A DNA stretch of 53,120 bases, from assembly GCA_030141605.1 (NCBI GenBank), contig JAQGDQ010001237.1:1-53120 (forward strand), read 5' to 3'. Below the pieces are notes generated by a model. That model made no database searches and had not been told where the DNA came from. It saw only the letters and a program-made list of their open reading frames with translations. The DNA comes from Tubiluchus corallicola. Its lineage: Eukaryota > Animalia > Priapulida. Below are positions 22,927 through 35,513 of this stretch, in pieces. Every line of letters begins with the position of its first letter. Position 1 is the stretch's first letter. The translations under genes and the position numbers were made by a program.

Positions 22927-23334
22927 CAAACACCTAAAAAATGTCATGAGCCTGAAAGTAAATTTGTATTTTTAATAAGGGGCAGCTGACCAAGTGACCA
23001 ATAGGTCTTTCGCTGATCCTTCTCAGTTGCAATGAAATGTAAAAATAATTATGTCGAATTTTAACTGCTATTGGGAAAATAAAATTGAATTGAATTGTAA
23101 AGCAGTTCAGAGAGAAAACTCACGACGGAAAACTCGCTAATCTGAATGAGCCATAAGACTATGAAGAGGTTAATCTAGGAAATCGATTTCATATTTCAAC
23201 TGTGTATGCAAAAATATGCAAACTACCAAAAATACATTTTATTTTTATTTTACTATTGCTTTTGACGCCTATTTCAGAAAAATATGGTTTTATTACACGA
23301 CATTAAATTTATCAAAAACGTTGCTATTCATTTT

Positions 23335-23573
23335 ACGTCGGATCTCCTTGAGTACCTCCAGCATTGCAAAACTGCTCGCTGAGAAACAGGTGCAACCATC
23401 ACGTTAATGAATTATCGAAACAATCAGTCATTGTTCAATAATTTGTTGAATTAATAAATGCGAAAGATAATGATGTTTAGTAGTTTAACATGTGACTATG
23501 TCCTTCGTGGGGTCGCGATATTATGCACGGTTCTGGAAAAGGGTCGCCGTTAACAAAAGCTTGGGAACCACTG
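23335..23573 (+). mobile_element. hAT Buster/Charlie 3' remnant (transposase C-terminus plus right TIR)
   Basis: RISLSTSSIAKLLAEKQVQPSR* resembles Buster C-termini (KQxQxSH*); GGGTCGC subterminal repeats and a TTGGGAACCACTG end. Confidence 0.6.
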
Positions 23574-25927
23574 TACTAATAGTATTAAACTGTACAAGGG
23601 ACGATAACGCAAAACACAAAGAAAATAACTTTCAATAGTTCGTCGTTAACTGCTATTATTCCTAATGCGCAATAACCGTTAGCGTTTTACTTACTCTGTT
23701 TTTATGCTTTAAAAGTGCAAAAGAATGCGAAGTTAAGTTGACACATTAGGCACATACTTCGGAAATTCACTCACAGACAGTCGCACTGTCAAAATACAAA
23801 CCAGAATTTTAGAATTCCGTGGAATATCCAATACTGGCAATCTTGCTCACACTGACAATTGCGCCCGGTTTCCATGACCATCACAGCACGTTTTCGCACG
23901 AAATATAAAAATAATAGTATTTGCACTAAGATACCACACGCAAAAATACACATTATTCCCAAACTTGTACTAGGCAGTTTTTAGGCTAGATTAAGGTTTA
24001 TCGTCATTTGTGATTTATCTAAGTCAAAAACACAAAGACAACAACAAGAGTGGCTACTGCGAAAACAAATGCAGTGTGCAAATTAGCTGAAAGTGATCAC
24101 TGATCATAACGTCATGTGAACATGACACACCAAACATATTTCATCAGTTCAGTATGAGGGTGAGCAGCATAAGGTTAGATTAGAACAATCTCTATAATAT
24201 GTATGACAGGTACTAGGTCTGTCAACTGGCCATGCCTCTAAACAACAACACATCACTCTGCTCATATTCCGTTTTAATTGACAGGAGAGAATAGGTCAGA
24301 AATGAAGGGTTTGACGAATGTGCATGTACAATAAGTGTTTGTAATTTGATAGTACTATTCCCTCACACTTTTAACTTTTTTATTATGGTCTCCACGAATC
24401 TGTTTCGTTACAATAATGGCAATTATAATAGGCCTACATTAGTGTATGCTCACACATGCACCAAGGCAGTTGGTATAAAAGAAATGCATTTACATTTGTT
24501 GCAGGAAATTTTAAGCAGTTAACACTTTCATGATGTGATTATATTTTTTATCTGCTTATTGTATCATCGTGTTATAAGTAATACAAATCACATTAAGAAT
24601 GCAGTACAATAATTCTTTCTAAACTTTTTTAGAAATTACCTTCAATAATTTTGCAATTGTACACTTACAAGGTACTGCCCAACAGATTAAAATCTTTTTC
24701 AGACGCTGTACCAGAAACAGGAGCGGAGCATAATTTTTAGAAAACAATTAAATTGTTAATATATTTTGAGCATATTACTAGAAGGCTTATTCGATATTCA
24801 CGACACCAAAATTATATAAAAATCATTATTCGTGTTTAATATTATAACAAGACAAATATGGCGAATTTTCATTATTAAGTTTTACTGTTTCACTGCTTGA
24901 GTGATAAGCCACTACAATGCATACCAAAACCAAAAACCTCGTGCTTAAAAATCATGAAAATCTGGCTCTGGTTCCTGTTATTGTCAAAATAGATAAACTG
25001 CAGCTGTTCGCCCCAAGCATCTACAACACAACAGCAACAATTAACCGGAGAGGAGTTATGCATTTGTCCTAATAAAATAAAGCGATATCTCGATGCTACC
25101 TGAAGTAGCGGCCACGTTGTTGCAAAACTGAAACATAGTTAGCATAGAACCTTCTGTCTCAGATTCAATTAACTTAGTACTAAATTATCAAAAACCAGAA
25201 CACTTTGTTTCAAATATGACAAATATTTTAATCAGACCATTGACATGTGACTCTGTAAGCCTTTATAGAAGCAGCTGCTGAAACTGCACATAATCACAGC
25301 ATAATGATAATTACACTAATAGGCTGTCCTCAGTTCCTGATCCGCAAGTTCTGCTACGACAGAAAAAAGTAGCTGAAGGTACATGCCAAACGTCAGACGT
25401 GGTAAAATCAAAATAAGTTATATTCACCAATTCAGTAATGAAAATACACAATTATATAACATTGGAACATGTACAGGAGACAAATTACTGGTATTAATTA
25501 TAGTTACACATAATGGGAAGTTCATCCTGTAGGTGGCGGGAAAAGTCACCATAGAAGTCCTCATTGTCTTCAGAACATCAATAACGATAGTTTTACCTGT
25601 ATATCAATTATGAAGTTCTTAAAAAAACTTGGAAATAACTGCAACTTAACATATTTTCATAAAAGGTCCCTCTATTGAGTTGTTAATAAATAAAAGAAAA
25701 ATAGGATTACACAACTTTCAAAATAAAGCCTGATACTTTGAAACTTTGAGTGCGCTTTCACAAAGCCTATCATTAATGCTACAAATTAGCGGCATCAAAT
25801 ACAGAGAGTTTTGGCTTATGACAAACGAAGCCCAACCAGAACATGTAATCAAGCGAGACTCGAACCTTCGCCTGCTTGAACTGTGACAGTAAATTTGTTT
25901 AGATGACAATACTGTCTCGTGATGGCC

Positions 25928-28900
25928 TTAGGATAGGTACAGTCTATGGAAGTCGTTTGCACCAAAGCCTGCATTACATTTTGGACACTTGCGCTGGCGC
26001 GTGTCATATCGGGTCTTTATGCACTCAAAGCAGAACACGTGGAAACATTTGGTAAATACAGCATCTTTACGTTTTGTCTTGCAAGACGGGCAAGTGAGCT
26101 GCTCCTTCAAATCACGAATTTCCTCAAGGAGAACTTCGTCAGCGCTATTCGCCAGCTCCATCTTCTTGTGTCTCTCCAACTTCTTACGCAGTGTGGCCAA
26201 TTCTTCCTGCAGCCGTTTGTTTTTAAAATTCTCCTGCTCTAATGAGCTGCTCTTCTCAGCAACGGCTAGCTGAGTGTCTCGCAGCTGCGCTACGTACTTG
26301 TCCAAATGTAGCTTGAGATCAGCTGCAGACTGGGCGCTCTCGATTGCCTTGCGCTTGTGCATCTCCATTGCTTGTTGACGCAAGCTCAACTCCTTTTCCA
26401 AAGTGGCAAGGTTGTTTTGCAATAGCTGCTCTTTCTCTTCCAGCTTCTGCACCACCTGATTTTGACAATCGCCAAGTTTCTGCAAAGTCTCCATCTGGTC
26501 TGCTATCGTGTCCTTCTCCTCCTTTAACAATTTGTGGATCTGATTCGACTTAATCCTTTCTGACATCAGCTTAAAGACGGCATCATCTTTTTCGCGTAGC
26601 TGTTGTAACAGTCTCGTGTTCTGTTCCTGCATGTCCTCGAACGCTTGACCAGTAACCTCCAGCTCGTTCTGAAGAGCATCCTCTTCCTGCTTCCGTGCGC
26701 TAAGCTTCGACTGCAGCACAGAAATCTGTTCTTCCATTGACTTAATTTTTCTCATGGCGTCATCATCGGCCAGGCGGCGACGGTCTTTTCTTTCATTTTC
26801 TTGCAGGCGTCTTATTTGTGCTCGCATCTCGTCCATCTCAATCTTCATCTTTTTCTCAGCAACCATCAGTTGCACCTTGTCTCTCTGATCCTTGGCAGCT
26901 CCCTTGTACATGTCGAGCAGAAGTCGTGTCTCCTTCAATTGCTCGTGCAGCTTTTTGTGTTCAGCTTTCATGTTCTTCACAATTTCGCTTTCAGTTTTGC
27001 CATAATCAACTTGCTCAATGTCCATTTCCCGATGACGTTCTCTCTCGTGCCCACTATCATGTCGTTCTTGCGTTCTGCGATCATGGCGCTCTTTCTTAAC
27101 GTTAGGCTCCTCCTTGATACGTGTTTTCTCGTGTTTCACAACTGGCTTATCGTGTTTCTCTTCCTTCACCTTGATGTCATGTCGCTCTTTCTCTCGATCA
27201 GATTCAGACAAGGCTCGTTCTTTCTTTACCTGAACAGGTTCTTCTTCTTTTTCGCCAGAAGAGTCACCATGCTGACTTAGAGCCGGCTTACTAGCTTTGT
27301 CAGACGACGAAGGTGTTCCACTAGTTGTGTGTGCATCCGCCTCGGCGCTCGACTTCTGAGCAACTTCGCTCTTAAACTTGCTCATCTCAGATTGAGCTTC
27401 TCGCCATTTCTTTTTATATCGAGCGACCTCGCCCTTCAGCTGCTGATTGTTTGTCTGCAGGCTCGTGATAAGATGCCGCATTTCTCTGTTTATCGGACCG
27501 GTCTGCTCGTTCGCAACCAGGTTTTGTTCGAACTCGATCCGCAACATTTCGTACTCTTTCCGAACTTGCGTCAGGGCATCTTCTAGCTGTATCACTTCCG
27601 TGCGCAACTTCTTCTGCATCAGCAGCTCCTCGCTTTCCATTTGCTCGATTTGCAGCAGATGAGTGTTCTTGCTCGTCGACAGCATGTTCCTGGTCTCCTC
27701 CAGCAGGGTTTTCATTTGCATGCTTTCGTTGTACAGCACAGAGAACTGAGACTGCAAGCACTTGTATTCAGCGCTATCTACAATCACACTTTCTGGCAGG
27801 TGAGACAAGTCTAGCTTCAGCTTTTCCAACTCCTGCACTGTAGCTTTGTGATCTTCCTGCAGCTTCTCCAACTCTTGCAGTCTGCTGTCAGCAAGCTGTC
27901 GTTGCTCTTCCAAGTCGTGCATCAACTCTGGAATGGTCATTCCTTGCACGGGCATTTGTCCCTCGAATGAACACGTAAGGAGACCGGCACTGATTGAAGA
28001 CCCTTCTTTAGCTCCGCTGACTTGAACCGTTTCAAGAGTTTTTAATTTCTGCAATGTCTCTGCCAGGTGACGATCCAACCTATCCTCTCTTTGGGAGGAT
28101 TTGTTGAAAGCGTACTCAAGATCTTGAATTTTGTTTTGTAGTTCCCCGTTTTCTGTTTCAAGAAGTGTTATCTTATCTTGAAGCTCTTGGAATTGTAGCG
28201 ATGTATTCCTGTGCTTATCATGGAGTGCAGTATTCTGGGAATGTAGATTCTTGTTTTCCTTCTGGAGTGTGAGTATTTCTTCGCGAACAACTTCATCTAA
28301 TTCAGGTGCCTTCGGCTTATTTTCATCCTTTTTCTCTAGTGTCTCGTCTTTGTTATCTTCTTCTTCCTTGAGTCTATCACCATCTGCTTTCTTTTCTTCT
28401 TCGGGTGGCTCTCCCTTCACTGCCAGAACAAGTTTTTCATACCGTTGCATAAGTCTGTCAAAGCACTGTAGAATTTTTCCCACTGCTCGCTCGGAAAACT
28501 GTACTCTCTGTGTCAGTTTCTGGTCAAGTTCGCTTCTATCCCAGGTAGACAGAGAAGCAAGAAACGACGTCAAAGCTTCACTTTCATTTTTGTTCTCTGA
28601 CTCATCTGCCACCTCCCAGTCAAATCGTTGTAGCACAACGCGCATGTCTTCATCTAGCTGATTCCAGTAGCGGTTGACAATACACAGAAGTGCATCGTCT
28701 GTCGCTTGGCGCTTTTCCAACTGTTCTATGCGGTTGCGCAAGTCCTCCTCCATGCGGCGCCGCTGCTCGAGCCGCTGCACGAGCTTACGATTTTGAAAAT
28801 GGAGAACCTTGACGTCCATCTCTTCCAGGGACGATACGGCGCCGATTTGGACTGGATCCAAGTGAGAGTGCAATTTTTTTGCAGGAGGCGCAGCTGGAGC

Positions 28901-28939
28901 TGGACTCTCTGCTTGTCGTTTGCTAGGCGTAGTTGCCAT
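25928..28939 (-). CDS. BRE1: E3 ubiquitin-protein ligase BRE1 (RNF20/RNF40 orthologue), single-exon CDS
   Basis: 1003 aa coiled coil with VNRYWNQLDE, YKCLQSQFSVLYNES, TGQAFEDMQEQN and a C-terminal C3HC4 RING (CPSC...CFHVFCFEC...CPKC). Confidence 0.97.
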   Translation of the reverse strand: MATTPSKRQAESPAPAAPPAKKLHSHLDPVQIGAVSSLEEMDVKVLHFQNRKLVQRLEQRRRMEEDLRNRIEQLEKRQATDDALLCIVNRYWNQLDEDMRVVLQRFDWEVADESENKNESEALTSFLASLSTWDRSELDQKLTQRVQFSERAVGKILQCFDRLMQRYEKLVLAVKGEPPEEEKKADGDRLKEEEDNKDETLEKKDENKPKAPELDEVVREEILTLQKENKNLHSQNTALHDKHRNTSLQFQELQDKITLLETENGELQNKIQDLEYAFNKSSQREDRLDRHLAETLQKLKTLETVQVSGAKEGSSISAGLLTCSFEGQMPVQGMTIPELMHDLEEQRQLADSRLQELEKLQEDHKATVQELEKLKLDLSHLPESVIVDSAEYKCLQSQFSVLYNESMQMKTLLEETRNMLSTSKNTHLLQIEQMESEELLMQKKLRTEVIQLEDALTQVRKEYEMLRIEFEQNLVANEQTGPINREMRHLITSLQTNNQQLKGEVARYKKKWREAQSEMSKFKSEVAQKSSAEADAHTTSGTPSSSDKASKPALSQHGDSSGEKEEEPVQVKKERALSESDREKERHDIKVKEEKHDKPVVKHEKTRIKEEPNVKKERHDRRTQERHDSGHERERHREMDIEQVDYGKTESEIVKNMKAEHKKLHEQLKETRLLLDMYKGAAKDQRDKVQLMVAEKKMKIEMDEMRAQIRRLQENERKDRRRLADDDAMRKIKSMEEQISVLQSKLSARKQEEDALQNELEVTGQAFEDMQEQNTRLLQQLREKDDAVFKLMSERIKSNQIHKLLKEEKDTIADQMETLQKLGDCQNQVVQKLEEKEQLLQNNLATLEKELSLRQQAMEMHKRKAIESAQSAADLKLHLDKYVAQLRDTQLAVAEKSSSLEQENFKNKRLQEELATLRKKLERHKKMELANSADEVLLEEIRDLKEQLTCPSCKTKRKDAVFTKCFHVFCFECIKTRYDTRQRKCPKCNAGFGANDFHRLYLS

Positions 28940-30245
28940 GTTGTATCAGAAGTCAATTCCTTTTGCGGGATATAACCTTAAAAAATAACAGAATTAGTAG
29001 TTAGAATTGCATCATAAATTCCAGAAATATGCTACAGCTTTTATCAAACTTTCTGCCAATTCATATATATATATAATAATCTTTATTTGCCATTAAAATA
29101 CATTGATAATCACTGATAAAAACTTCACAGAGATGATCAATTAGCGTTAGTTAATAAAAACTTACACTGCTAAAGGCAAATGCATCAGTGCAATCTAAAC
29201 TACTGTGCAGTAATGGAAAGTAACGACGAATAAAGTCAAACATATTTACAACTATGCATAAAAAATGAAAAAAATATGATTTAATTAACATGGCCGTGGA
29301 TATATAAATTCTGAATTAGTGTGTATGTTTGTCGTACTGGTGTGATGGTATTTCATATCTGGTTAATATTAGTGATTTTAATTTTGTTTTAAATGCTGAT
29401 AGGGAAGACAGGGCGATTTTTCACATATAACCCTATTTTCAAATGGGTACGGTGTTACAAAATAAGATTCTTGGTTTTTTTGAACATTTTCTTGATAATT
29501 TGGTGCTAAAATATAAAACTCCAATATATTTAGCGTTTGTATTTATAAAAAGAAAAAAAAGGCATTTGAACCAATTTTTCGTGCATCCTATTTCGAAACA
29601 CCATAACGTAGTTTTACTATACCGACTTACAGATGGTTTTGGATTGCAAGTGCACATATAACATAGTCCGGGATGCAAGAAAAATGGTTTTCTTAGATGT
29701 CATCCAGCAGTGCATTCTTTGCACCATTAGCTGTGAAATAATTTAATGCGTTCAAAAAAAGCGAATCAACATTGTCTGCTGTTTAGGAAAAAATCAGTTG
29801 GAAGTGACACGCTAATTATGAAGTTTTGAGGTTTTAATATTCCTCGGCTGGGATTTACAGGTTTATCATCTTATTTTTTGATAGGTAAACGATTTGCTGG
29901 TCAATATTCTGGACACCATTTTTCTTTCTGCATCTCATCCTGCTGGCGTTCACAATGAAGCTTTATTAGATTAGATTCTATTCGTCCATTTAAAGTTACA
30001 CATGCACAAACATACAATGTTTCTTTAAGATGGTAAACACTACACTGAGACGGGCTGGCGAAAGACCAAGAGGTCACCAAGCAGCCACTCCTATTTGTAC
30101 GACATTAATGTTTATTTAGTTAATCGAGTGATATTGTTAGCAGCTTGTTGCAATACATGTTTAATAAAAGATATTATGAACTCATAATAAAAGTTGTGTT
30201 TTTAACTAAAGAAATATATGTAGTTGTTATCAATGTCTAATTCGC

Positions 30246-30517
30246 ACCAGACGGTTTAGTCTAGTGGTAATGCGTCTGCTTCCGTCTGGGAGGTCGTGAG
30301 TTCGAACCAGCGGCCGGGTCATACCAAAGACTTTAGAAATGGTACCTGCTGTTGCCCTGCCTGGCGCGTGGTATTTAGGGTAAAAGTGGGGTAATAATAG
30401 TCTCTGTTATGTACTTGTAGGTTGTTATTTACAGTCGGTGATAATAGCTCTTTGAGCTAATGTTAATTGTTGACCCAAAAGCCGACTTTAAATAAAGATT
30501 GTTATTATTATTATTAT
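30246..30517 (+). mobile_element. tRNA-derived SINE with Meta-like central domain
   Basis: A box TAGTCTAGTGG, B box GAGTTCGAACC, then GGTCATACCAAAGACTTTAGAAATGGTACCTGCTG...CCTGGCGC (recalled MetaSINE-like core), AATAAA and an (ATT)n tail. Confidence 0.8.
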
Positions 30518-30782
30518 CTAAATTACTTGAAATGTTTTGTTAGTGTATGTAAAATAACAGACAAACTAAAATGAGACTGCCTTAAACAATTATAATAGAG
30601 ATAACACAGTAGTAAAAAACACTTTAACAGTTGACAAACAGACAATTCAAACAGGTCAAAAAATCAATCAATCATAGTTTCACAACATTGACAACACTTG
30701 CGTAATGATTTATAACCGTTACTTAATGCGAGGGGAACGCCCAAGCGGTGGATTCTATCAATGCTTTGTGATATCTTATATA

Positions 30783-31574
30783 GGTTTTACACGTCAAATG
30801 TAGACACAGGACAGTTCAAATGTGACTTAGGTAAGTCAAATGTACACCTAGGAATTTCGAATGTGTTTTGGTAACTCAAATGTGACTTAGGTAAGTCAAA
30901 TGTAGACATAGGAATTTCGAATGTGTTTTGGTAATTCAAATGTGACTTAGGTAAGTCAAATGTAGACATAGGAATTTCGAATGTGTTTTGGTAACTCAAA
31001 TGTGACTTAGGTAAGTCAAATGTAGACATAGGAATTTCAAATGTGTTTTGGTAACTCAAATGTAACTTAGGTAAGTCAAATGTAGACATAGGAATTTCGA
31101 ATGTGTTTTGGTAACTCAAATGTGACTTAGGTAAGTCAAATGTAGACATAGAATTCTACATTTTATTTGTCAACATTTTACAAAAAATGTCGGCAGAAAA
31201 GAATAAATCGGTTCCCACTTCCCAATGAACAGTGAATCACTAATTAGTTTTTTAAGTAATGCATTAGCACTGCATTAATGAATTGGTTTCTCTCAAGAAA
31301 CATTGTTTATTTTAAGAATGTATTGTTTTCTCTAACAGTTCCAATGGTATGTAAAGTTTACAGAATATTAGTGAACTATTAGTAGCCCCATAAAGTTATT
31401 ATTTTTACAGCAATTATTAAATTAAGATTAAAGGAGATTAAATTTAACATCCTTAAGCTTTACCACCTATTCACATTTGAACTACCTAAGTCTACATTTG
31501 AGTTACCAAGACACATTTGAATTACGCAAATCTACATTTGAGCTAACGTAGGTCTACATTTGACATGTAAAACC
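30783..31574. mobile_element. Foldback-like non-autonomous DNA transposon with tandem-repeat arms
   Basis: TIRs GGTTTTACACGTCAAATGTAGAC and GTCTACATTTGACATGTAAAACC flanked by TATA; left arm is a 60-bp array, right arm has inverted 20-bp subunits. Confidence 0.8.
30795..31151. repeat. 60-bp tandem repeat (3 x 20-bp subunits, ~6 copies)
   Basis: Successive 60-bp sequence lines are near identical. Confidence 0.95.
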
Positions 31575-31841
31575 TATATTACGAAATACACGTCACCAAA
31601 GTGCACTCATATCGTGATCAAACATACACAGACAAAAATGTGTGACATAAATTAAACCGCATCTGCAGCATTTACTGTAAATGTCTATCAATCAGTGTAG
31701 TGAGCAGTAGCTGACTTAAAGTACAAGAAAACCCGCCATTTTACATAAACCTTAAAAAATGCATCTTGAAATTTTACACCACTTACATACTGGCTTTTTG
31801 CATGCAGAGCTTGCATCGGCAGTAATTCTGTATAAAAAATA

Positions 31842-33212
31842 TAAATTTAAGGCAGTGCCTAGAGGTACGGATCTGTACTCATCTTTTCTACAATACCGAA
31901 TACGGATCCATATTCGTAGCTATTTTTGAAACAAATACGGAGCTGTGATTTACAAAACATACAGATTTTGACCATTTTTACGACGTACAGCGTTTGACCA
32001 TGTGCCCTGCACATCATTGAAAAGACATTCCCACTTCAAGGTGATATGCCATTATACAGCCTGGACCCGTGCCGTTTTTCTTCGTGATATAATAGTTACA
32101 CTGTAAATATTAGTTAGTCTCCTTTTACTGTCTTGCAAATTGCTAGCTTTTATAGGATGCAGCATGTTGCGTAAGCTACCAATTAATAGTTTGTTTAATT
32201 TATTTTGTTTATTGTTACAAAAAATGATGTGTAGTCGGCCAGTTAGCAAGACTTTAAATCTTAAACTGTCACGAATTTCTTAGAGTTTTGCAATATGACC
32301 TACTAACCTGTATTTTTTCTATAGTGTTGTGAATGTGATAACCTACCAAACTGTATTTTTCCTTAGATTGGGTTGTGATTTATTGACTCGTGGAACAATA
32401 GTAAAATTTTTTAGTCTTTATGTGATATACAGTAAATCCAATTTATAAGAGGTGCTAAATTGTTACGTGCACCTGTTGCCAAAATTTATCTATGAATCTT
32501 ATGCGTGTGCGGTGGAAATGGCAGCGGATTTTTTATACTGACAAAAATCTAGTTAAAATATCTGAAACGGCGTTTGACTAAGTGTTGAATAAGATGTTAA
32601 AGTTAATGAAAGAACAAAATTTAGTCTTAAAGCAGAGTGACTATTTCGGTGAGAATGCTCAAATTTTATGCTGAGGCTTACTCAATTTTATTATAATGAG
32701 TGAACATTTTAATGACGTGTGTGTGTGTGTGTGTGTGTATGGCTGCGTGCGTATGTGCATGTGTATATAATGGTTTGAAGTGTGAAGGGCATGATATGGT
32801 TGAATGGTGTACTATGTACATCGTGCTGCGTGAGTTGTCGTTGAAGGTTTACAAGCAAAATTGGGGTTTGGCTAGCAATTTGTTATTGATTCGCGATTAT
32901 ATCTCCTAGCTTCACATTAAGAAATGGTTTTCAACAATAGGGGACAAATACTAAGCCTAGTTAATTTGTTGTCCACATTTTTGCAGCTATTGTGGATACA
33001 AGGATATTCAATTTCACTCAATCTGCGGATTTTACGGATGCGGATATTTACAGTTGCGGATTTTGCGGCTGCGGATAAACAAGAAAGTGATATCTGTCCA
33101 TCTCTGATGGGCAATCCGTATTTTCTAAGGAAAGCTTTCGAGACGCTGATCCATATTTTTAGTTGCTGTGATCCGGATACAGATCCGTACCTTTAGTCAC
33201 TACCTAAATTTA
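31842..33212. mobile_element. ~1.37-kb non-autonomous DNA transposon
   Basis: About 35-bp inverted ends (...GCAGTGCCTAGAGGTACGGATCTGTA and TACAGATCCGTACCTTTAGTCACTAC...) and clustered CGGAT subterminal motifs; TSD and superfamily unclear. Confidence 0.65.
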
Positions 33213-34099
33213 AACTCCCGTGATGACCGTTAGGCGCAGCCATTTTAATGGTAGGTCATTTGAAACAAGTTTACATAAAATTAGATAAGCTTAGGCTTCT
33301 CAAAGAATTATTGTATTATTGTACTTAATGACATTACAAGTACAATGCCAAACGACTTTAAACTAAAATAAAACTTTTTTGAGATGACAACAATTTGACA
33401 AAATGTAGTTAGTCTAGCACAAGAACTACTTTTAATAGGCCGAGGCTAGCGAGATATTAGTCACAGTCACTAATGAATAACGTACACCACCGGGGCAAGA
33501 CGCATGAAATACTATGTAGCCTGTACTATGAAGGCGATTAACAGCGGCTATTCTAATATTTCTCTCAGGCTCCTGTATATCCACATCATAAAGGAGCAAG
33601 CAAAAAAGAAAACTGTATCTTGTCACACTGTTGTTCATACACCCTCTACATTGAGCCCCATAATTTATCTAAATTTTATCACTTGTCTGATCCAAGTATT
33701 GACTCTTACTAGTCATAGACATAGACATAGAACATTTATTTTCTCTAACATTTGTTTGACATAAAAATAATAATAATAAACAGTATAAATGATACAAATT
33801 ATCAAAAAAAAGAAGTGAAAACAAAAAATAATAAAGTTAGATGATACCTAAATCTAAACAAAACAATACAATTAATCAGTAATTATGATTATTTTATATA
33901 GTATTTTCAAATAGGGGTCTTATTAACAGGGGAATTTGACCAAGGTCAATGAGTAAAACTGAGAGTATGGAGAGATAAAATAAGTATCAAAAAAGTGTAA
34001 TATAGAAAAATTTAAGAGAAAAAGTAAGGATTACTTAGGAGATGAGGAGAAAAAAGAAAAAAAAACTTGCTAGCTTGCTTATTAGTCTTACAAGTTATG

Positions 34100-34900
34100 T
34101 ACTACAGAAACACTAGTGTGCCCGTGTTTACTGAACATAGATCTTCTACGTTCGCTACATGATTTCCATACACTTTTTTAGCTACTTCACATTTTCAACA
34201 GATGTTCAGTCGTATCACACTCCTTCACACACAGTGGACACATTAAATCATCCTTACACTTATTTTTATAATTACACTTTAATTTGATCATGTTTAATTT
34301 CCATTCAGTAATTTCATATACAGCCTTTTCATCACACTCCATAACATAATTTATTGCCTGTTCCCAATTTTCCACACTATTTTTCATAAATCTCAGTTTT
34401 GTCATATCATCACTTTTTCACAGCTTCAACTTCTAGATAGTGTTCACCTGCTTTTTAAATTTCTTCTTTCCATTGTAACTTCAATAAGCTTTGCATTCTT
34501 TCAGCATTTATATCTAAATCATACATACTTGCAACTTCTCTAATTTCTGTTCCCAGCTTCTGGGAATGTTTTGTCACACATACTCAACATCACATTTTTA
34601 GCATTTCTTTTAGTGTCAGATATCAGCACACTTCGGTACCACATTAATTTTTATAGTGTATTATTTGTCTCAATGGCCATACTCCCCAAGTCATCATTAG
34701 GCCCCAATAATTCGTAGACATTTTTTGCTTCACCATACATCTTACGGTTTCTTTTTGCCAACTTTCGATTTCTTCATAGTTTGTTTCTGTTAATTTATCC
34801 CACACTTCCATTGTGAAAATTAAACTAGGAATCATCGTTGTCTTGTACAATAACCGTCTTATTTTTATAGCTTCTTTTCCTACATCGTCAGAACTACTCT
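34100..34900 (-). mobile_element. Decayed LINE ORF2 3' fragment
   Basis: Broken frames YKTTMIPSLIFTMEVW... and ...CPLCVKECDTTEHLL (C-terminal zinc-knuckle-like motif of non-LTR ORF2). Confidence 0.65.
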
Positions 34901-35513
34901 AATTCATAATTTCATATTCATTGAAAGCTAGCTATGGTTTGCCATTTTAGGATTTACACTACCTTGTAATCCTTATTATCAATCAAATTACTTCAATCAT
35001 TCAGACAAATGATATCTGTTCCGCCTGTCTCCATCTGTCAGGTATAAAATTAGCAGAGGTAACATCTTCATTAAGCAAAGCGGCTTCTTAAACTAAAGAA
35101 AAATCACAAAACTCTAATACAGCACAACGTTGCTAACAAGTTCTACATATCACCGCTTAGTGGCGCTAAGAGAGTTTATGTGTTGATCACGTGACTAAAA
35201 TACCTGTTAATTTATTATTAATTAATCAATATATCTCTGCTGGTTAATCAATATTATAACGTTAAATATTTATATACATCCTACCATAACTGCAGTAGAG
35301 CGAGAATGTTTGCCAGCAACAATCTAATCAATTAATTTGAAAGACTGATGTACCCATGGTTTCGTGACGTCAGCACATCGTTACAAGAAGACGCAGGAGC
35401 TAGTTTTTGTTTGTTAGCAGTCAAAGAATAATTTTAAGCTGTGAACGGTTGTGTAAAAGTTTTATCTGGTATTTTTATTTTTGTAGCGAAATTTACATTG
35501 ACGGTGACTTTGA

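Noticed and set aside
25946-28975. Antisense and alternative-frame ORFs overlapping BRE1 (and similarly the aminopeptidase)
   Set aside because: Shadow ORFs expected from the codon bias of long real CDSs.
30246-30320. tRNA gene
   Set aside because: Has A/B boxes but no proper acceptor stem, and continues into a SINE body and tail.
30787-31149. 120-aa repetitive ORF
   Set aside because: Translation of the 60-bp tandem repeat within a foldback element.
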